Assembly: GCA_049653745.1 (NCBI GenBank)
Contig: JBASGW010000079.1
Span: forward strand, 12,207 to 76,206
Source of the DNA: Rickettsiales bacterium
GTDB taxonomy: Bacteria; Pseudomonadota; Alphaproteobacteria; Rickettsiales; CANDYO01
Reading direction: 5' to 3'
Length of the DNA stretch: 64,000 nt
The number at the start of each line of letters is the position of its first letter. Within the stretch, counting starts at the first letter, position 1. Shown in pieces: positions 10,784 through 21,143 of this stretch. Made by a program: the position numbers and the translations under genes. The notes under the pieces were generated by a model. The model searched no databases and was not told the DNA's origin. It was given only the letters and a program-made list of their open reading frames with translations.

Positions 10784-12155
10784 GCAACGTTCCTTCACTT
10801 AAATGTTTGGTAAATCTATAGAGGTTAGTCAAATAAAAGGATCCTTTAATAAGCAAGATATCACCATCTAATAATTTACTTGGCAATTCCGCTGCTAAAT
10901 CTTTTAAAGTTAGGTGATGTCCTAATTTTTTATCTTCAGGCAATACTTCATATAAGTCTTTCATTTGTTTTCCAAAACAGATTACTTTATCAATATTATT
11001 AACAATAATATCTTCTTTAAGCCCTGTGTGCAAGGACACAGTTTCTGGCCCTAAATCAACCATATCTCCTAAAAGTGCAATTTTCCTTCCTTGGTAATTA
11101 CTCATGTTTTTTAGAGCTGCTTTAATTGAAACTGGACCAGCATTATAACTATCATCAATTAAAGTGATATTTTTTTCATCAACTTTAATTTTTGAAACTA
11201 ATCCTCTTCCACGAGGTAATTTAAATTCTTTTAAACATTCTAAAGATTGCCAGGGGTCTAGCTTTAGTTCCTTAATGCAGCTTAAGGCCACTATCATATT
11301 ATGAATTTGATGGCTACTTATAATATCAAGAAATTTTAAACTTAATTCTTGTCCTAAAATATTTACCTTAGCATCAGTAGTATTATTTTCTACCAAATAA
11401 TTCTTAAGATAGCTATCTAAACCAATAGAAATAACTTTACTAATATTCAAGTTGTTCTGAGCCGTTTGCAACAATAACTCATAACAATTACTTAGCGAAT
11501 TGATAATTACCGTACTTGTAGGTTCTAATCCTATAAAAATTTCAGCTTTTGCTCTTGCAATTCCTTCTATTGAATCAAAATTTGCCCTGTGAATATTTTC
11601 AATAGCTGTAATAATCGCCATATGGGGCTTAGCTAGGTAAGTTAGCGGCGTAATTTCTCCTGCGTGATCCATTCCTATTTCAATTATAGCATATTCAGAA
11701 TCATCTGGCATAGAGGCTAAGTTAATTGGCACTCCCAAAAAATTATTATAATTACCACGACTAATAAAAGTTTTGCCATAAACTTGAAGGCATAGTCCTA
11801 ATATTTCTTTAGTGCTAGTTTTACCTACACTCCCAGTAATACCAATAAACTTAGCTTTAGATTTATTACGCTTATATTTTGCCATAATAGTTAGAGCATC
11901 TAATACATTTTCTACTATCAGCAATTTACTTATATCAACTACGCCTTCTGGAATTTTAGAAACTATAGCTGCAGCGGCTCCTTTTTCTAACGCCTGAACC
12001 ACATAATCATGTCCATCTGAAATAGCTCCAGGAAGAGCTAAAAATGTATCACCTTCTTCAACAAGACGGCTATCAAAAACAACTTTACCACTTTGCCATT
12101 TAGAAAATGCTTTTCCATTAGTAATTGATACTAATACTTCAGAATTCCAAACCAC
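10773..12155 (-). CDS. murF: UDP-MurNAc-tripeptide--D-Ala-D-Ala ligase
   Basis: Mur ligase P-loop GITGSVGKTSTKE and DDSYNAGP. GTG start. Directly upstream of mraY. Confidence 0.9.
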   Translation of the reverse strand: MVWNSEVLVSITNGKAFSKWQSGKVVFDSRLVEEGDTFLALPGAISDGHDYVVQALEKGAAAAIVSKIPEGVVDISKLLIVENVLDALTIMAKYKRNKSKAKFIGITGSVGKTSTKEILGLCLQVYGKTFISRGNYNNFLGVPINLASMPDDSEYAIIEIGMDHAGEITPLTYLAKPHMAIITAIENIHRANFDSIEGIARAKAEIFIGLEPTSTVIINSLSNCYELLLQTAQNNLNISKVISIGLDSYLKNYLVENNTTDAKVNILGQELSLKFLDIISSHQIHNMIVALSCIKELKLDPWQSLECLKEFKLPRGRGLVSKIKVDEKNITLIDDSYNAGPVSIKAALKNMSNYQGRKIALLGDMVDLGPETVSLHTGLKEDIIVNNIDKVICFGKQMKDLYEVLPEDKKLGHHLTLKDLAAELPSKLLDGDILLIKGSFYLTNLYRFTKHLSEGTLHAL

Positions 12156-12370
12156 TCTTCACTCCACATAAATATAATTCAAATATTAACATTATTTAGG
12201 ATTAAGAAAAATGTCAAAACAAGAATTTCTTTGTTATTGGATATGTATAAAAAATAGTAAAACTTAGATAGTGGAAAAGTGGGAGGATTTATGAAATATA
12301 CACAATAATCTATAGAAATCATTGTCACCTATTAGGCAACAATGACGCTAATAACTTGAAAATCAGAAAT

Positions 12371-13363
12371 TTATAATTTTCTGCTTTCTTCAATATGTTC
12401 ATAAAGTTTACGTAATACTGGGGTTATTCCCTGTTTAGCAGCCGCTGATATTGCATAAACTTCTTTTTTGGTATGTTTTTTAAGCAATTTCTGTTTCTTT
12501 TTTATTTCTTCTTCACTTAAGCTATCACATTTATTTAAAGCAATAACTTCTATTTTATCTTCCAAACCATATTCAACTAATTCATGACGAATGGTTTTAT
12601 ATGCTTGAACAATATCATCTTGGGTAATATCAATTAAATGAAGCAGCACCCCTGAACGCTCAACATGCTTTAAGAATTTATCTCCAAGACCTATTCCTTC
12701 ATGAGCACCAGCAATTAATCCTGGTAGATCTGCTATAACAAATTCATTATCATCTACATAAACCACCCCAAGCTGAGGTTTTAAAGTAGTGAATGGATAA
12801 TCAGCAATTTTAGGTTTAGCCGAAGATACTGAAGCTAAGAAAGTTGACTTACCTGCATTAGGTAACCCCACTAACCCAGCATCAGAAATTAATTTTAATC
12901 TGAGCCAGACCCACATTTCTTCACCTGGCCAACCAAGAGTTTTCTTAGTTGGAGCTTGGTTAGTAGAAGATTTAAAATGGGCGTTACCAAGCCCACCATC
13001 TCCACCTTTTGCTAGCAACACTCTTTGACCAACTTCAGTTAAGTCAATAACTATATTTTCTTTATCTTCTGTTAAAATTTCTGTACCAACTGGAACTTTA
13101 ATTATTAAATCTTCAGCAGAAGCCCCATGACGATTTTGCCCCAATCCGCCCTGACCATTTTTAGCTTTAAAATGCTGTAAGTAACGAAAATCTATTAGGG
13201 TGTTTAAGTTATCTACGCACTCAACATAAACTGCACCGCCTCTTCCACCATCTCCACCATCTGGACCACCATGAGAAATAAATTTCTCCCTTCTAAATCC
13301 TGAACAGCCAGAGCCGCCTTCACCACTTTTAATATAAATTTTTACTTCATCTAGAAACTGCAT
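12371..13363 (-). CDS. obg: GTPase Obg/CgtA
   Basis: [20 protein letters not shown], the glycine-rich Obg fold, then G-domain [10 protein letters not shown] and DLPGLI. ATG at 13363 is preferred over upstream TTG at 13381. Confidence 0.95.
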   Translation of the reverse strand: MQFLDEVKIYIKSGEGGSGCSGFRREKFISHGGPDGGDGGRGGAVYVECVDNLNTLIDFRYLQHFKAKNGQGGLGQNRHGASAEDLIIKVPVGTEILTEDKENIVIDLTEVGQRVLLAKGGDGGLGNAHFKSSTNQAPTKKTLGWPGEEMWVWLRLKLISDAGLVGLPNAGKSTFLASVSSAKPKIADYPFTTLKPQLGVVYVDDNEFVIADLPGLIAGAHEGIGLGDKFLKHVERSGVLLHLIDITQDDIVQAYKTIRHELVEYGLEDKIEVIALNKCDSLSEEEIKKKQKLLKKHTKKEVYAISAAAKQGITPVLRKLYEHIEESRKL

Positions 13364-13525
13364 TTTATTACCACATATCAAAGAACTTTCAGAATTATAG
13401 TGCTAAGCATAAAGATAATGCAAGGCTAATTATCTAATGTTAATCAAAAATGAAGAAAATATTACTACTAACCGTAGAATAAATTAAGTATAATCTCAAT
13501 ATCAAATTTTATAGACCTAATTTTA

Positions 13526-15502
13526 ATGAATCATATTTTCCAAATTCTTGTCCCTAATCTAGAACCCCTAGACTATCTTGCTCCACCCGAGTTAGAACTT
13601 AAAATTGGCAATCTAGTAATAGTTCCTATTAGACAAAAAAAAGTTTTGGGGATAGTCTGGAAAATTAATAGCTCTAGTGAGTTTCCTCTTGAGAAATTAC
13701 GCTATATTGAACAAAAACTTTCATTAGAAATTGCTGATATTGATTTAAAATTTATCCGATGGGTTGCCAATTATTATATGTATAATTTGGGACATGTTTT
13801 TAAAATGTTAATCCCATCAGCAATTGCTGCTTTTATTGCTAAAGACAAACCATATAAATTAAGCGATGCTTCTCATCCACTAGTTTATAGTGAACCTAAG
13901 TTCAATTCAGAACAGCTTACTGCAATTGACCAAATCAAAGAGCTCATTCAACAAAAGAAATATAATATTATTCTTGATGGAGTGACAGGATCAGGTAAAA
14001 CAGAAGTATATTTATCTATAATTAGTGAAGCGCTTCTTGAAGATAACCATGCTCAAATTTTAATTATCTTGCCAGAAATTTCTTTAACTAATCAGCTTAT
14101 TGATAGAATAAGCTCGCGTTTTGGAATTAAACCAGATATTTGGCACTCAAATATTCTTGGATCTAAAAAGAGAGATAGTTTTTTAAAAATAATTCATGGA
14201 GATGCTAAAATTATAATTGGCGCCCGAAGCGCCTTATTTTTACCCTATAAGAATTTATCTATGATTATAGTTGATGAAGAACATGATAATAGCTATAAGC
14301 AAGAAGATGGGGTGTCTTACCACGCAAGAGATATGGCTTTGATGCGAGGATCACTTGCTAATATTCCAGTAATATTAGCTTCTGCGTCCCCCTCTTTAGA
14401 AAGCATTCATAATGTTGCTTTGGGCAAACTTAATATTGTTACTCTATCAGCAAGGTATAATGATAATGCCATGCCTGAAGTGACTATTATTGATATGAAA
14501 AAAAACAAAAAGAAAAATTCTTTTATTTCACCAATTTTATTCAATTCTCTAGAGAAAAATCTACTTGATAACCAACAATCTCTAATTTTCCTAAATCGAA
14601 AGGGCTATTCTCCAGCAATGATTTGCAAAGGTTGCGGTTATAGAATTTGTTGTAAATCTTGCTCAACAGGGATGGTTTATCATAAGGCACAAAAAAAACT
14701 TAAGTGCCATCAATGTGGTTATGTGGCTGGGCTTCCTAAAATTTGCCCCCATTGCCAAAAGGAAGATAGCTTTATTCCTTACGGACCAGGAATTGAGAAA
14801 TTAGAAGAAGAAATAAGAGAGTCTCTTCCTAAAGCAAAAATTATCTGCATCACTCAAGATAGTTTTAACAACTTAAATGAAACACAACAACTAATAGACT
14901 CAATTATCAATAAGGAATATGATATTATTATTGGCACACAAATTATAGCCAAAGGGCATCACTTCCCCTCTCTAACCTTAGTTGGCGTGATTGATGCCGA
15001 TTTATGGGGAATTGGAGGAGATCTTCGTGCTGCAGAAAAAACATATCAATTATTACAACAAGTGGGCGGCAGAGCTGGAAGAGAAATTAATGGAAGTAAA
15101 ATTTTCATTCAAACCTATAATCCTGAACATCCTCTAATCCTAGCATTGGCAAGCTACAATCGCGCTCAATTTATTGAAGAAGAAATGCGCACTAGAAAAG
15201 AAATGCACATGCCTCCTTTTGGGCGCCTAGCTTCAATTATTATATCAAGCAACCGAGAAGATAAACTTATTGAATTTAGCCAATATTTAATCAAACAAGC
15301 TCCCAATAATAAACAAATTTCAGTTCTTGGACCAGCACCCGCAATTATCTATAAATTAAGGGGGAAATTTCGCTATCGTTTCTTAGTAAAAACTTCTCGT
15401 AATATTAATATACAAAAATTTTTACAAGCTTGGCTAGACAGCATTCAAATGCCTAATCATATTCATTTAAAAATTGATATTGACCCTTATTATTTTTTAT
15501 AA
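13526..15502 (+). CDS. priA: Primosomal protein N' (replication restart helicase)
   Basis: Walker A GVTGSGKTEVY, DEEH box and a Cys-rich zinc region CKGCGYRICCKSC...CHQCG...CPHC. Confidence 0.93.
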   Translation: MNHIFQILVPNLEPLDYLAPPELELKIGNLVIVPIRQKKVLGIVWKINSSSEFPLEKLRYIEQKLSLEIADIDLKFIRWVANYYMYNLGHVFKMLIPSAIAAFIAKDKPYKLSDASHPLVYSEPKFNSEQLTAIDQIKELIQQKKYNIILDGVTGSGKTEVYLSIISEALLEDNHAQILIILPEISLTNQLIDRISSRFGIKPDIWHSNILGSKKRDSFLKIIHGDAKIIIGARSALFLPYKNLSMIIVDEEHDNSYKQEDGVSYHARDMALMRGSLANIPVILASASPSLESIHNVALGKLNIVTLSARYNDNAMPEVTIIDMKKNKKKNSFISPILFNSLEKNLLDNQQSLIFLNRKGYSPAMICKGCGYRICCKSCSTGMVYHKAQKKLKCHQCGYVAGLPKICPHCQKEDSFIPYGPGIEKLEEEIRESLPKAKIICITQDSFNNLNETQQLIDSIINKEYDIIIGTQIIAKGHHFPSLTLVGVIDADLWGIGGDLRAAEKTYQLLQQVGGRAGREINGSKIFIQTYNPEHPLILALASYNRAQFIEEEMRTRKEMHMPPFGRLASIIISSNREDKLIEFSQYLIKQAPNNKQISVLGPAPAIIYKLRGKFRYRFLVKTSRNINIQKFLQAWLDSIQMPNHIHLKIDIDPYYFL

Positions 15503-15573
15503 ACTAGCTAGCTATTAAATAAATATTTTTATATAATAATATTTATTTAATAACATATATAAGCTTATTATCG

Positions 15574-16681
15574 ATGAAAACAGAAACAGAAAATTTAATT
15601 AATCAAATCACCCAAACATTAGATTTGCTAAGGAGGTCACTTTGACTATGATAATGCACTTATCAAACTCAAAGATTTAGAAGAGCAAAGTAACAACCCA
15701 GATTTATGGCAAGATCAGCAAAGAGCCCAAAAAATTCTTCAAGAAAAAACTTCTCTATCAGATAGTATTAATCAATATGATGAATTGCAGCAAAAATTTA
15801 GTGACCTAGAGGAACTAATTAATCTTGCAGAAGAAGAAAAAAACCAAGATTTAATTCTTGAAATTGAAGTAGACTTAGCATTATTTGCAAAATCTCTCCA
15901 AAAATTAGAAATAGAATGCCTCTTTTCTGGCGAAGCAGATAATAAAGATTGCTTCCTTGAAATTCACGCTGGCGCTGGAGGAACTGAAAGCCATGACTGG
16001 GCCCAAATGCTGCTAAGGATGTATTTAAGATGGGCAGAAGCTCACAAATTTAAAGTAGAATTCATAGATCAAATTGCCGGAGAAGAAGCTGGCATAAAAT
16101 CTGTTACTTTAAAAATTCATGGCAAAAATGTTTATGGATTTTGTAAAAGTGAAAATGGAGTGCACCGCCTAGTGCGTCTATCCCCATTTAATGCTGCTGG
16201 AAAAAGACAAACCAGTTTTGCTAGCGTATTTTCATTCCCGGTATTAACTGATGATATTAATATAGAAATAAATGATAAAGATTTAAGGATTGATACCTAT
16301 AGATCTTCTGGCGCTGGTGGACAGCATGTTAACACAACCGATAGCGCTGTTAGAATAACTCACTTACCTACAAATATTGCGGTACAATGCCAGAATGATC
16401 GCTCTCAACATAAAAATAAAGCCGAAGCAATGTCTATGCTGAAAGCAAGATTATATGAAGTGGAACTGAGGAAAGCCCAAGAGAAAGTTGATCAGCTCAA
16501 TAAAACCAAAACTGAAATAGGCTGGGGGCATCAAATCCGCTCTTATGTTCTCCACCCATACCAGATGGTAAAAGATTTGCGTACTGATTGCGAAACTAGC
16601 AATACTTCAGCAGTATTAGATGGAGATTTAGATGATTTTATGTTTGCTTATCTTAAATCTTTAGCAACTAGAAAAATTTAA
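15574..16681 (+). CDS. prfB: Peptide chain release factor 2, requires programmed +1 frameshift at 15643
   Basis: A 23-codon leader MKTETENLINQITQTLDLLRRSL ends at in-frame TGA (15643-15645). The +1 frame continues (DYDNALIKLKDLEEQSNNPDLWQDQ...) into the 298-aa ORF carrying SPF and GGQ motifs. Confidence 0.95.
15631..15646 (+). promoter_or_regulatory. RF2 autoregulatory +1 frameshift site
   Basis: AGGAGG-TCA-CTT-TGA-C. An internal SD-like element lies 3 nt before the slippery CTT followed by TGA C, the same architecture as E. coli prfB. Confidence 0.9.
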
Positions 16682-16769
16682 ATATATTTTTACTCTAGCA
16701 AGATCTTGCTTATTTTATGCTAATTAGTTAAAGTTGATTCTTATATTATAAAGATTGAGGTATATATTT

Positions 16770-17336
16770 ATGTCAGTAATGCAAGACAGTTGGATTAGAA
16801 AAATTGCGCAAGAAAAGGGAATGATTGAACCTTTTGTTGATCGTCAAGTTCGTGATAAAAATAATGATAAAATTATTTCCTATGGACTAACTTCTTATGG
16901 TTATGATGCAAGAGTTTCTGATGAATTTAAAATATTTACCAATGTAAACTCAGCTATTGTAGACCCTAAAAATTTTGTTGATACCAGCTTTGTTGATAGA
17001 AAAACTGATGTTTGCACCATTCCACCAAATAGCTTTGCCCTAGCTAGAACCGTAGAATATTTCCGTATTCCTCGTGATGTATTGGTTATTTGCGTTGGAA
17101 AATCAACCTATGCTAGATGTGGAATTATTGTCAATGTAACTCCCTTAGAACCAGAATGGGAAGGACATGTAACTTTAGAATTTTCAAACACAACTCCATT
17201 GCCTGCAAATATTTATGCTGGTGAAGGGGCTTGTCAATTTATTTTCTTAAAAGCCAATGAAGTATGTGAAGTTTCATATGCTGACCGCAAAGGAAAATAT
17301 ATGGGACAAACTGGCGTAACTTTACCCAGAACCTAA
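16770..17336 (+). CDS. dcd: dCTP deaminase
   Basis: [52 protein letters not shown] at 16770 with GAGG upstream is preferred over TTG at 16755. Confidence 0.93.
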   Translation: MSVMQDSWIRKIAQEKGMIEPFVDRQVRDKNNDKIISYGLTSYGYDARVSDEFKIFTNVNSAIVDPKNFVDTSFVDRKTDVCTIPPNSFALARTVEYFRIPRDVLVICVGKSTYARCGIIVNVTPLEPEWEGHVTLEFSNTTPLPANIYAGEGACQFIFLKANEVCEVSYADRKGKYMGQTGVTLPRT

Positions 17337-17340
17337 AAAA

Positions 17341-18102
17341 ATGCTTAGATCTATTAAACAATATGGTGGCTTTAATAGCTATGACCTGCTTAAGGTTATT
17401 GCTATACTCGCCATGTTTATAGATCATTTAGGTTTTTTTTTCTATCCAGACATAGAAATTTTTAGAGTGATTGGCAGAATGTCTTACGCTTTATTTGCGT
17501 TTGCCATCGGGTATAGTAAGAAATATAATTTTGATATAACCATATTGGTTTTAGCAATATTAATGCTACTCAATAATTATATTAGTAACTCTACTAACTT
17601 TCACATTGCAGCATCATTTAAAACTTCTATTTTATTTGCTATTATTATTACTCGCTTATCAATGAAATATTTACACCCAAAACTCAATAGCAATAATATA
17701 GTAGCAATAACTTTTATTCTTTGGGGAATGTCTTTTGGCACATCATATATATTTCAGTATGGTACTCTAGGTATTATAATGGCTATCTGTGGTTATTGGG
17801 CTAGGACACAGAATAATAATTTATTATACCAAATTTTTTTAGGAATAAATTTAATTCTATATGCATTATTTGAAATTATGGTATTTAATTTTAGCTCCTT
17901 AGGATGCTCTTTGCTTCTGGTAGAATTCCTGATATTATTTAAACTCTTTTCTTATTTTAATATTCATACAATTTCTCTAAACAAATTATATCAAAACACA
18001 TTGCTTACAATTTCTAGATATTCCCTGCTACTATATTTTGTCCATTATGAATTATTTTATGTATTACAATTATATCTAGAAAGGCAAATAATTATTTTAT
18101 AA
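17341..18102 (+). CDS. TraX-family membrane protein
   Basis: DLLKVIAILAMFIDHLG...GRMSYALFAFAIGYS resembles the TraX family signature. Polytopic. Starts 4 nt after dcd. Confidence 0.6.
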   Translation: MLRSIKQYGGFNSYDLLKVIAILAMFIDHLGFFFYPDIEIFRVIGRMSYALFAFAIGYSKKYNFDITILVLAILMLLNNYISNSTNFHIAASFKTSILFAIIITRLSMKYLHPKLNSNNIVAITFILWGMSFGTSYIFQYGTLGIIMAICGYWARTQNNNLLYQIFLGINLILYALFEIMVFNFSSLGCSLLLVEFLILFKLFSYFNIHTISLNKLYQNTLLTISRYSLLLYFVHYELFYVLQLYLERQIIIL

Positions 18103-18244
18103 CCCCTTAAATATAACATCTTCTTTTTTAGACATGAGTTTCTCATCTATAAATTTAGTTTAATTCAAACAATATTATTCATTACAAAAAATAGTTTTTT
18201 GAGTAAACTGATGATGCAATAATTTTATTTATGATAGAAAATTT

Positions 18245-18820
18245 ATGTCTATTCCGAAAAAAGCTTTTTACTTTATGCGTCATGGAGAAACCAATTGGAA
18301 CAATCAACAGCTATACATGGGATCTTCAGATATTCCTTTAAATAAAGTCGGAATTGAGCAAGCAGAAATAGCTGCGCAATTATTAAAAAGTCATAGGATA
18401 GAACATATTATCTCCAGCCCCCTTTTGAGAGCATATAAAACTGCTCAAATAATTTCTGAAGTTATTAATAAACCTATAACCCTTTTAGAAGGATTAAAAG
18501 AAAGATACTTAGGAAAAAAAGAGGGTAAGCTAATTAGCAAAAATACTCATATATCTAAATGGTTAGCTGAAGATGCTCTATTGGGAGAAGAACCTTCACA
18601 AAATTTCCAAGAACGCGTTATAAATGCAATAACACACACACTAAATCAACACCCAGAGCCATCATTAATTATTGCTCATGGAGGAGTTTATTGCGCACTA
18701 TCAATCAAACTTAATTGGCCATTAGTTGAACTAAAAAATTGTCAAACACTATATCATAAACCATCAAAAGAATTATTAAATTTATGGGATATTTCAGAAA
18801 TTGGTTTCAATAAGGACTAA
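18245..18820 (+). CDS. Histidine phosphatase (phosphoglycerate mutase-like) family protein
   Basis: RHG catalytic motif FYFMRHGETNWN and a second His in IIAHGG. Confidence 0.8.
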   Translation: MSIPKKAFYFMRHGETNWNNQQLYMGSSDIPLNKVGIEQAEIAAQLLKSHRIEHIISSPLLRAYKTAQIISEVINKPITLLEGLKERYLGKKEGKLISKNTHISKWLAEDALLGEEPSQNFQERVINAITHTLNQHPEPSLIIAHGGVYCALSIKLNWPLVELKNCQTLYHKPSKELLNLWDISEIGFNKD

Positions 18821-18825
18821 AATAA

Positions 18826-19362
18826 GTGGACAGATATGTTAACAGTAAAAAATATATAGATGTGACTAATAAAAAAGAACATTCAACAATATATCAAGCA
18901 GCTGAGGAATTAATTATTAGGATTAATAATTTACCCTACTTGGACTCTTTACAGAAATCCTTGATTAACTTACATCTTTCTATTCCTTCAATAGAAAGAA
19001 CTCTAGAAAAATTCGACGAATTAACACCAGATTCAATAAATCTCTTATCTATAATAATTAGGGATAGCAATGAACAAATTGATGATTATAATATTCCAGA
19101 AGTTCATTTAAATCCTAGTACTCACCATAATATAGTTATCACAGGCGCCTCTTTGTGTGATGATTCACTTGTAGAAAAACCTTCTTTTATTGATCGCGTT
19201 GAATCTATGATTAGATCTACATTAACTTATACAAGGCTATTGTTTAATTTACAACAAGAAGAGCATCCTCGTGTACTAGATAATCAAGAAACTTGTTATG
19301 ATAATGAAAACGCTAACTCCATGGCTGGAGAAACCCTTCACCATATTAATTCCATCTCTTAG
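18826..19362 (+). CDS. Hypothetical protein (178 aa)
   Basis: GTG start with AAGGA upstream, 5 nt after the phosphatase gene. No recognisable motif. Confidence 0.4.
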   Translation: MDRYVNSKKYIDVTNKKEHSTIYQAAEELIIRINNLPYLDSLQKSLINLHLSIPSIERTLEKFDELTPDSINLLSIIIRDSNEQIDDYNIPEVHLNPSTHHNIVITGASLCDDSLVEKPSFIDRVESMIRSTLTYTRLLFNLQQEEHPRVLDNQETCYDNENANSMAGETLHHINSIS

Positions 19363-19441
19363 AACATATATCTAAAAAGCGGATATTTTTGCATATAAAA
19401 ATCTAGTAAATTGTTAATATTTCAGAATAAAATTTTTGGTA

Positions 19442-19795
19442 TTAACCAGTTATTCCACCATCGCCATGATCTTGGTCTCTACCTGGGCACATCTTCTTCA
19501 TAAAATCTCCAGAAAAGAAATTATTAATATCACTAACAGTAATACCTTGGCTTGGATCACTAGCTTCAATAACAAAAGCTCCAGGGCCCATAATCCCTTC
19601 TTCAATTAAAGCTTGTATAACTGGATCATTCTTTTTTAATGCTTCATTTTTTTACTGTCAGAAGGGTGTCAATTAGCATGAAGCTTATCCAAAAATCTCT
19701 CATTCCTGGATTTATAGCATTATCCGAACTAGGACTATTTGTAGAGTTTTTTCCTGATTTTGTATTATTCACAATTAAACATGTTAATAAAAGTT
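19442..19795 (-). pseudogene. Candidate frameshifted small ORF split at an A7 tract (unidentified product)
   Basis: Two adjacent open frames on the minus strand (about 49 and 68 codons) meet at the A7 run (plus-strand T7 at 19647-19653). Neither half alone has a convincing start. Lies immediately downstream of cyaY. Confidence 0.3.
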
Positions 19796-19810
19796 ACTTA
19801 ATTTCCGCAA

Positions 19811-20110
19811 TTAAATGCACAATAATTCTAAATCTTGAAAAAGTTGTTGCCTTAAAGACATCCCTTTTTTATCTTTCCATTGTTTATCTTCATCACTATA
19901 ACTAAAGTAACCAGCGTTACTAACAGGAGAGGAGACCCATATTTGCTGGGTTGGAGAATGCTGGTTAATAACGTAATCACCTTTACTGGTATAAATATAA
20001 AGCACATCACTAATTAAATCAAAATCTTCTTTAAAATTAGCTTCTTCTAAAAAATCAAAAATAAAATTAATTTCATCTGAAGCTAACTTAGTAAATAAAG
20101 TATATTCCAT
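19811..20110 (-). CDS. cyaY: Frataxin-like iron-sulfur cluster assembly protein CyaY
   Basis: 99 aa with CyaY pattern DVLYIYTSKGDYVINQHSPTQQIWVSSPVS...W. Confidence 0.85.
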   Translation of the reverse strand: MEYTLFTKLASDEINFIFDFLEEANFKEDFDLISDVLYIYTSKGDYVINQHSPTQQIWVSSPVSNAGYFSYSDEDKQWKDKKGMSLRQQLFQDLELLCI

Positions 20111-20112
20111 GA

Positions 20113-21111
20113 TTATTTTAAATATGCAGAATAAGTTTGCTCAACTAATTCTTGAATAATTTCAGCAACTGGCTGCTTATTAAAAACCATTCCTACACTT
20201 TGACCGGCCATAACTGAACCATGCTCAACATCCCCATCAATTACAGCTTTTTTTAAAGCCCCCGCCCAGAATTTTTCAATTGATAACTGAGCTTCCTCTT
20301 TAGAAAATTTACCACTTTGATAATCTTCAATGGCTTGCCTTTGAGCCTTAATAAATTCGGCAGTACCCTTATTTTCAATCGCTCTAACTGGAATAACTGG
20401 GAAATTCTCATCTAACTGAGGAGAAACCGTAGTATTTCTGGCCTGCGACCTTATAAAAATATTTTTAAAATTTTCATGAGCTATGGATTCATCTGCACAA
20501 ACAAATCTTGTTCCAATCTGACAACCAGCCGCTCCCATTTTTAAAAGTTGAGCTATCGCTTCACCTCTGCCAATTCCTCCAGCAACAAATATTGGAACCT
20601 CATCTTTAAGATGGGGTAATATTTCCTGAGCTAAAACTAAGGTAGAAACCGGGCCAATATGCCCTCCGGCTTCCATTCCCTCTATAACAATTCCATCAAC
20701 TCCCATTTTAATCAATTTCTTAGCAATTATTAAAGCTGGGGCAAATGCAATAACCTTAATCTCACTCTCTTTTAAAGCATCTATCATATAAGATTTAGGC
20801 AAGCCACCGGCTAGCACTACATGGGTTACATTATTTTCTTTACATGTTTTAATTAACTGATCTAACTCTGGGTGCATGGTAATTAAATTAACACCAAATG
20901 GCTTGGATGTTAGCGCTTGCGTAGCTTTAATTTCCTTATCTAATAACTGGGGTGGCATTGATCCGCAAGCAAGTATTCCAAATCCTCCTGCATTAGAAAT
21001 AGCCGCCACCAAATTATGCTCAGACACCCATGACATAGCGCCGCCTAGAATTGCATATTCACAGCCTAGTAATTTTTTTCCTTTATTCCATATGTAAGAT
21101 AAATCACTCAT
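20113..21111 (-). CDS. Nitronate monooxygenase / FabK-like FMN oxidoreductase
   Basis: TIM-barrel NMO motifs GGMSWVS..LVAAISNAGGFGIL, GIVIEGMEAGGHIG, VAGGIGRGE. Confidence 0.8.
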   Translation of the reverse strand: MSDLSYIWNKGKKLLGCEYAILGGAMSWVSEHNLVAAISNAGGFGILACGSMPPQLLDKEIKATQALTSKPFGVNLITMHPELDQLIKTCKENNVTHVVLAGGLPKSYMIDALKESEIKVIAFAPALIIAKKLIKMGVDGIVIEGMEAGGHIGPVSTLVLAQEILPHLKDEVPIFVAGGIGRGEAIAQLLKMGAAGCQIGTRFVCADESIAHENFKNIFIRSQARNTTVSPQLDENFPVIPVRAIENKGTAEFIKAQRQAIEDYQSGKFSKEEAQLSIEKFWAGALKKAVIDGDVEHGSVMAGQSVGMVFNKQPVAEIIQELVEQTYSAYLK

Positions 21112-21143
21112 ATTTAAACCTTATTTAAATTTTTTTATTATAT

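Noticed and set aside
17239-17427. 62-aa minus-strand ORF across the dcd/TraX junction, and the 66-aa minus-strand ORF at 47802-48002 across the GT/tpsB spacer.
   Set aside because: Both overlap well-supported plus-strand genes or their start regions, and neither has motifs or a ribosome-binding site.
19442-19795. UGA-to-Trp recoding as an explanation for a third frame reading ...ERFLDKLHAN(TGA)HPSDSKK... upstream of the A7 tract.
   Set aside because: The genome keeps RF2 with a UGA-dependent frameshift site, and conserved genes here terminate at TGA (for example glyQ). That frame also lacks a start and has a TAA just upstream.
19639-19905. 88-aa plus-strand ORF between the hypothetical gene and cyaY.
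   Set aside because: It overlaps the 3' end of cyaY on the opposite strand as well as the better-supported minus-strand split ORF. The sequence is hydrophobic and low-complexity, with no RBS.
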